Under the pieces are notes generated by a model. It was not told the origin of the DNA, searched no databases, and saw only the letters and a list, made by a program, of their open reading frames with translations. Both the position numbers and the translations under genes were made by a program. Source: Longimicrobiales bacterium (GTDB lineage: Bacteria; Gemmatimonadota; Gemmatimonadetes; Longimicrobiales; Gaopeijiaceae). From it: a stretch of 64,000 nt of DNA. Below are positions 62,718 through 64,000 of this stretch, piece after piece. Every line of letters starts with the position of its first letter. Within the stretch, counting starts at the first letter, position 1. Location: assembly GCA_965219445.1 (NCBI GenBank), contig CBDCNQ010000005.1:1120001-1184000 (forward strand). The letters are read 5' to 3'.

Positions 62718-64000
62718 ATGGCCGGATCGAACAAGAAGCTGCTCGCTGCGGTGGAGGCGTATTTCGCCGATCTCCGGCGCGTGCGCGCATCGGGCGGCGC
62801 GACGGGAGAGCGCTCGTACTATCCGGCGCTGGAGGGCTTGTTGCGCGCGGTCGGATCCACGCTCAAGCCCAAGGTGTTCTGCGTGCTGGAACTGGCGGAT
62901 CAGGGGGCCGGCCATCCCGACTTTGCCCTGTACACGGCGAGGCAGGTTCAGAAGGGCCGTCCGAGGCCGGGGCAGGTTCCCGAGCGTGGCGTCGTCGAGG
63001 TCAAGGGCGTTGGTGACGATGCTTGGTTGACGGAGAAATCCGATCAGGTGAGCCGCTATTGGGACCGTTACCGTCTGGTTATGGTGACGAATTTACGGAA
63101 CTTCGTCTTGGTGGGCGCGGACGGCGTGGGCGGCCCCGCTAGACTCGAAGCCTTCCCCTTGGCCGAGGATGCGGACGACTTCTGGCGCAAGGTGGAGAGG
63201 CCCCGCGCCTTCGCCGGGCAGGTCGGCGCGGGCCTCGGCGAGTATCTGGCCCGGGCGCTCTCGCACCGGGCCGCTCTGGCCGAGCCGAAGGACTTGGCGT
63301 GGCTGCTCGCTTCCTACGCACGCGACGGCTTGGCCCGTGTCGAGGCGGCGGGGAACGCGCCATCGCTCCTTACGGTCCGGTCGGCGCTGGAAGAAGCACT
63401 CGGGATTCGGTTCGAGGGCAGGCGCGGGGAACGCCTTTTCCGTTCGACGCTCATTCAAACGTTGTTCTACGGCGTCTTCTCCGCGTGGGTGCTGTGGTCA
63501 CGGCAGACGAGGAACAGCGATGGCCCGCTGTTCGAGGGCGGCTACAATCCGGCGCGGTTCCGGTGGCACGACGCGGGCTGGTACCTGCGTGCGCCCGTGC
63601 TGCGAGCTTTGTTTCATCAGTTGTCCGACCCGGGACGTTTGCAGTCGCTCGACCTGGTCGAGGTGCTGGACTGGACGGCTGCGGCACTCGACCGCGTGGA
63701 CCGGGCCGAGTTCTTCTCGCGGTTCAACGAGGGCGAGGCGGTGCCGTATTTCTACGAGCCGTTCCTCGAAGCCTTCGACCCCGCCCTCCGCAAGCAGTTG
63801 GGCGTCTGGTACACGCCGACGGAAGTGGTCCGCTATATGGTGGCCCGTGTGGACAAGGCGCTGAAGGACGATCTCGGCATTTCCGACGGACTCGCGGCGG
63901 AGAACGTCTATGTGCTGGACCCGTGCTGCGGCACGGGGGCCTATCTGGCGGAAGTGCTCCGACGCATCGCTCTCAATCTCCAAGGACAAGGACGCGGTGC
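62718..64000 (+). CDS. Type ISP/IIG-like fused restriction endonuclease / N6-adenine methyltransferase; 3'-partial, absent from the ORF track
   Basis: Manual translation MAGSNKKLLAAVEAYF..; nuclease-like HPDF..VEVK, YFYEPFLEAFDP, LGVWYTP, motif I VLDPCCGTG. Confidence 0.88.
   Translation, partial: MAGSNKKLLAAVEAYFADLRRVRASGGATGERSYYPALEGLLRAVGSTLKPKVFCVLELADQGAGHPDFALYTARQVQKGRPRPGQVPERGVVEVKGVGDDAWLTEKSDQVSRYWDRYRLVMVTNLRNFVLVGADGVGGPARLEAFPLAEDADDFWRKVERPRAFAGQVGAGLGEYLARALSHRAALAEPKDLAWLLASYARDGLARVEAAGNAPSLLTVRSALEEALGIRFEGRRGERLFRSTLIQTLFYGVFSAWVLWSRQTRNSDGPLFEGGYNPARFRWHDAGWYLRAPVLRALFHQLSDPGRLQSLDLVEVLDWTAAALDRVDRAEFFSRFNEGEAVPYFYEPFLEAFDPALRKQLGVWYTPTEVVRYMVARVDKALKDDLGISDGLAAENVYVLDPCCGTGAYLAEVLRRIALNLQGQGRG

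Overview
GC-rich bacterial chromosomal window. The Ser/Thr kinase N-terminus and gene repertoire suggest Gemmatimonadota (inference). About 1-50.5 kb is mostly core and heterotrophy genes: metH, yitJ, an MTHFR-like gene, peptidases, a TonB receptor, thrC, NatAB-like ABC, a MacAB-like efflux operon with an ECF sigma, priA, ccmH, carB, nth, an NSS transporter, glyQS and nfuA. Small accessory cassettes are embedded in it (kinase + AAA/DUF4143 ATPase, a split PEP-synthase-like dikinase, madLM-matB). About 55.4-64 kb is a decayed mobile/defence island: DUF499 and IS256 fragments, an Ig-like/hydrolase lipoprotein, a P4-type integrase and a type ISP/IIG restriction-modification gene running off the end. 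Main non-annotated signals: (i) three in-frame TAG codons in otherwise intact genes, each a single transition from a CCWGG site; (ii) two inverted copies of a 60-bp covarying hairpin element carrying GCGAAGC mini-hairpins, bracketing a 4.5-kb cassette; (iii) a second dispersed structured repeat; (iv) a perfect 14-bp palindrome over a probably leaderless promoter; (v) many frameshifts and abrupt gene truncations, from either genome decay or assembly error. No rRNA, tRNA or CRISPR array was recognised. No complete novel system could be established from sequence alone.
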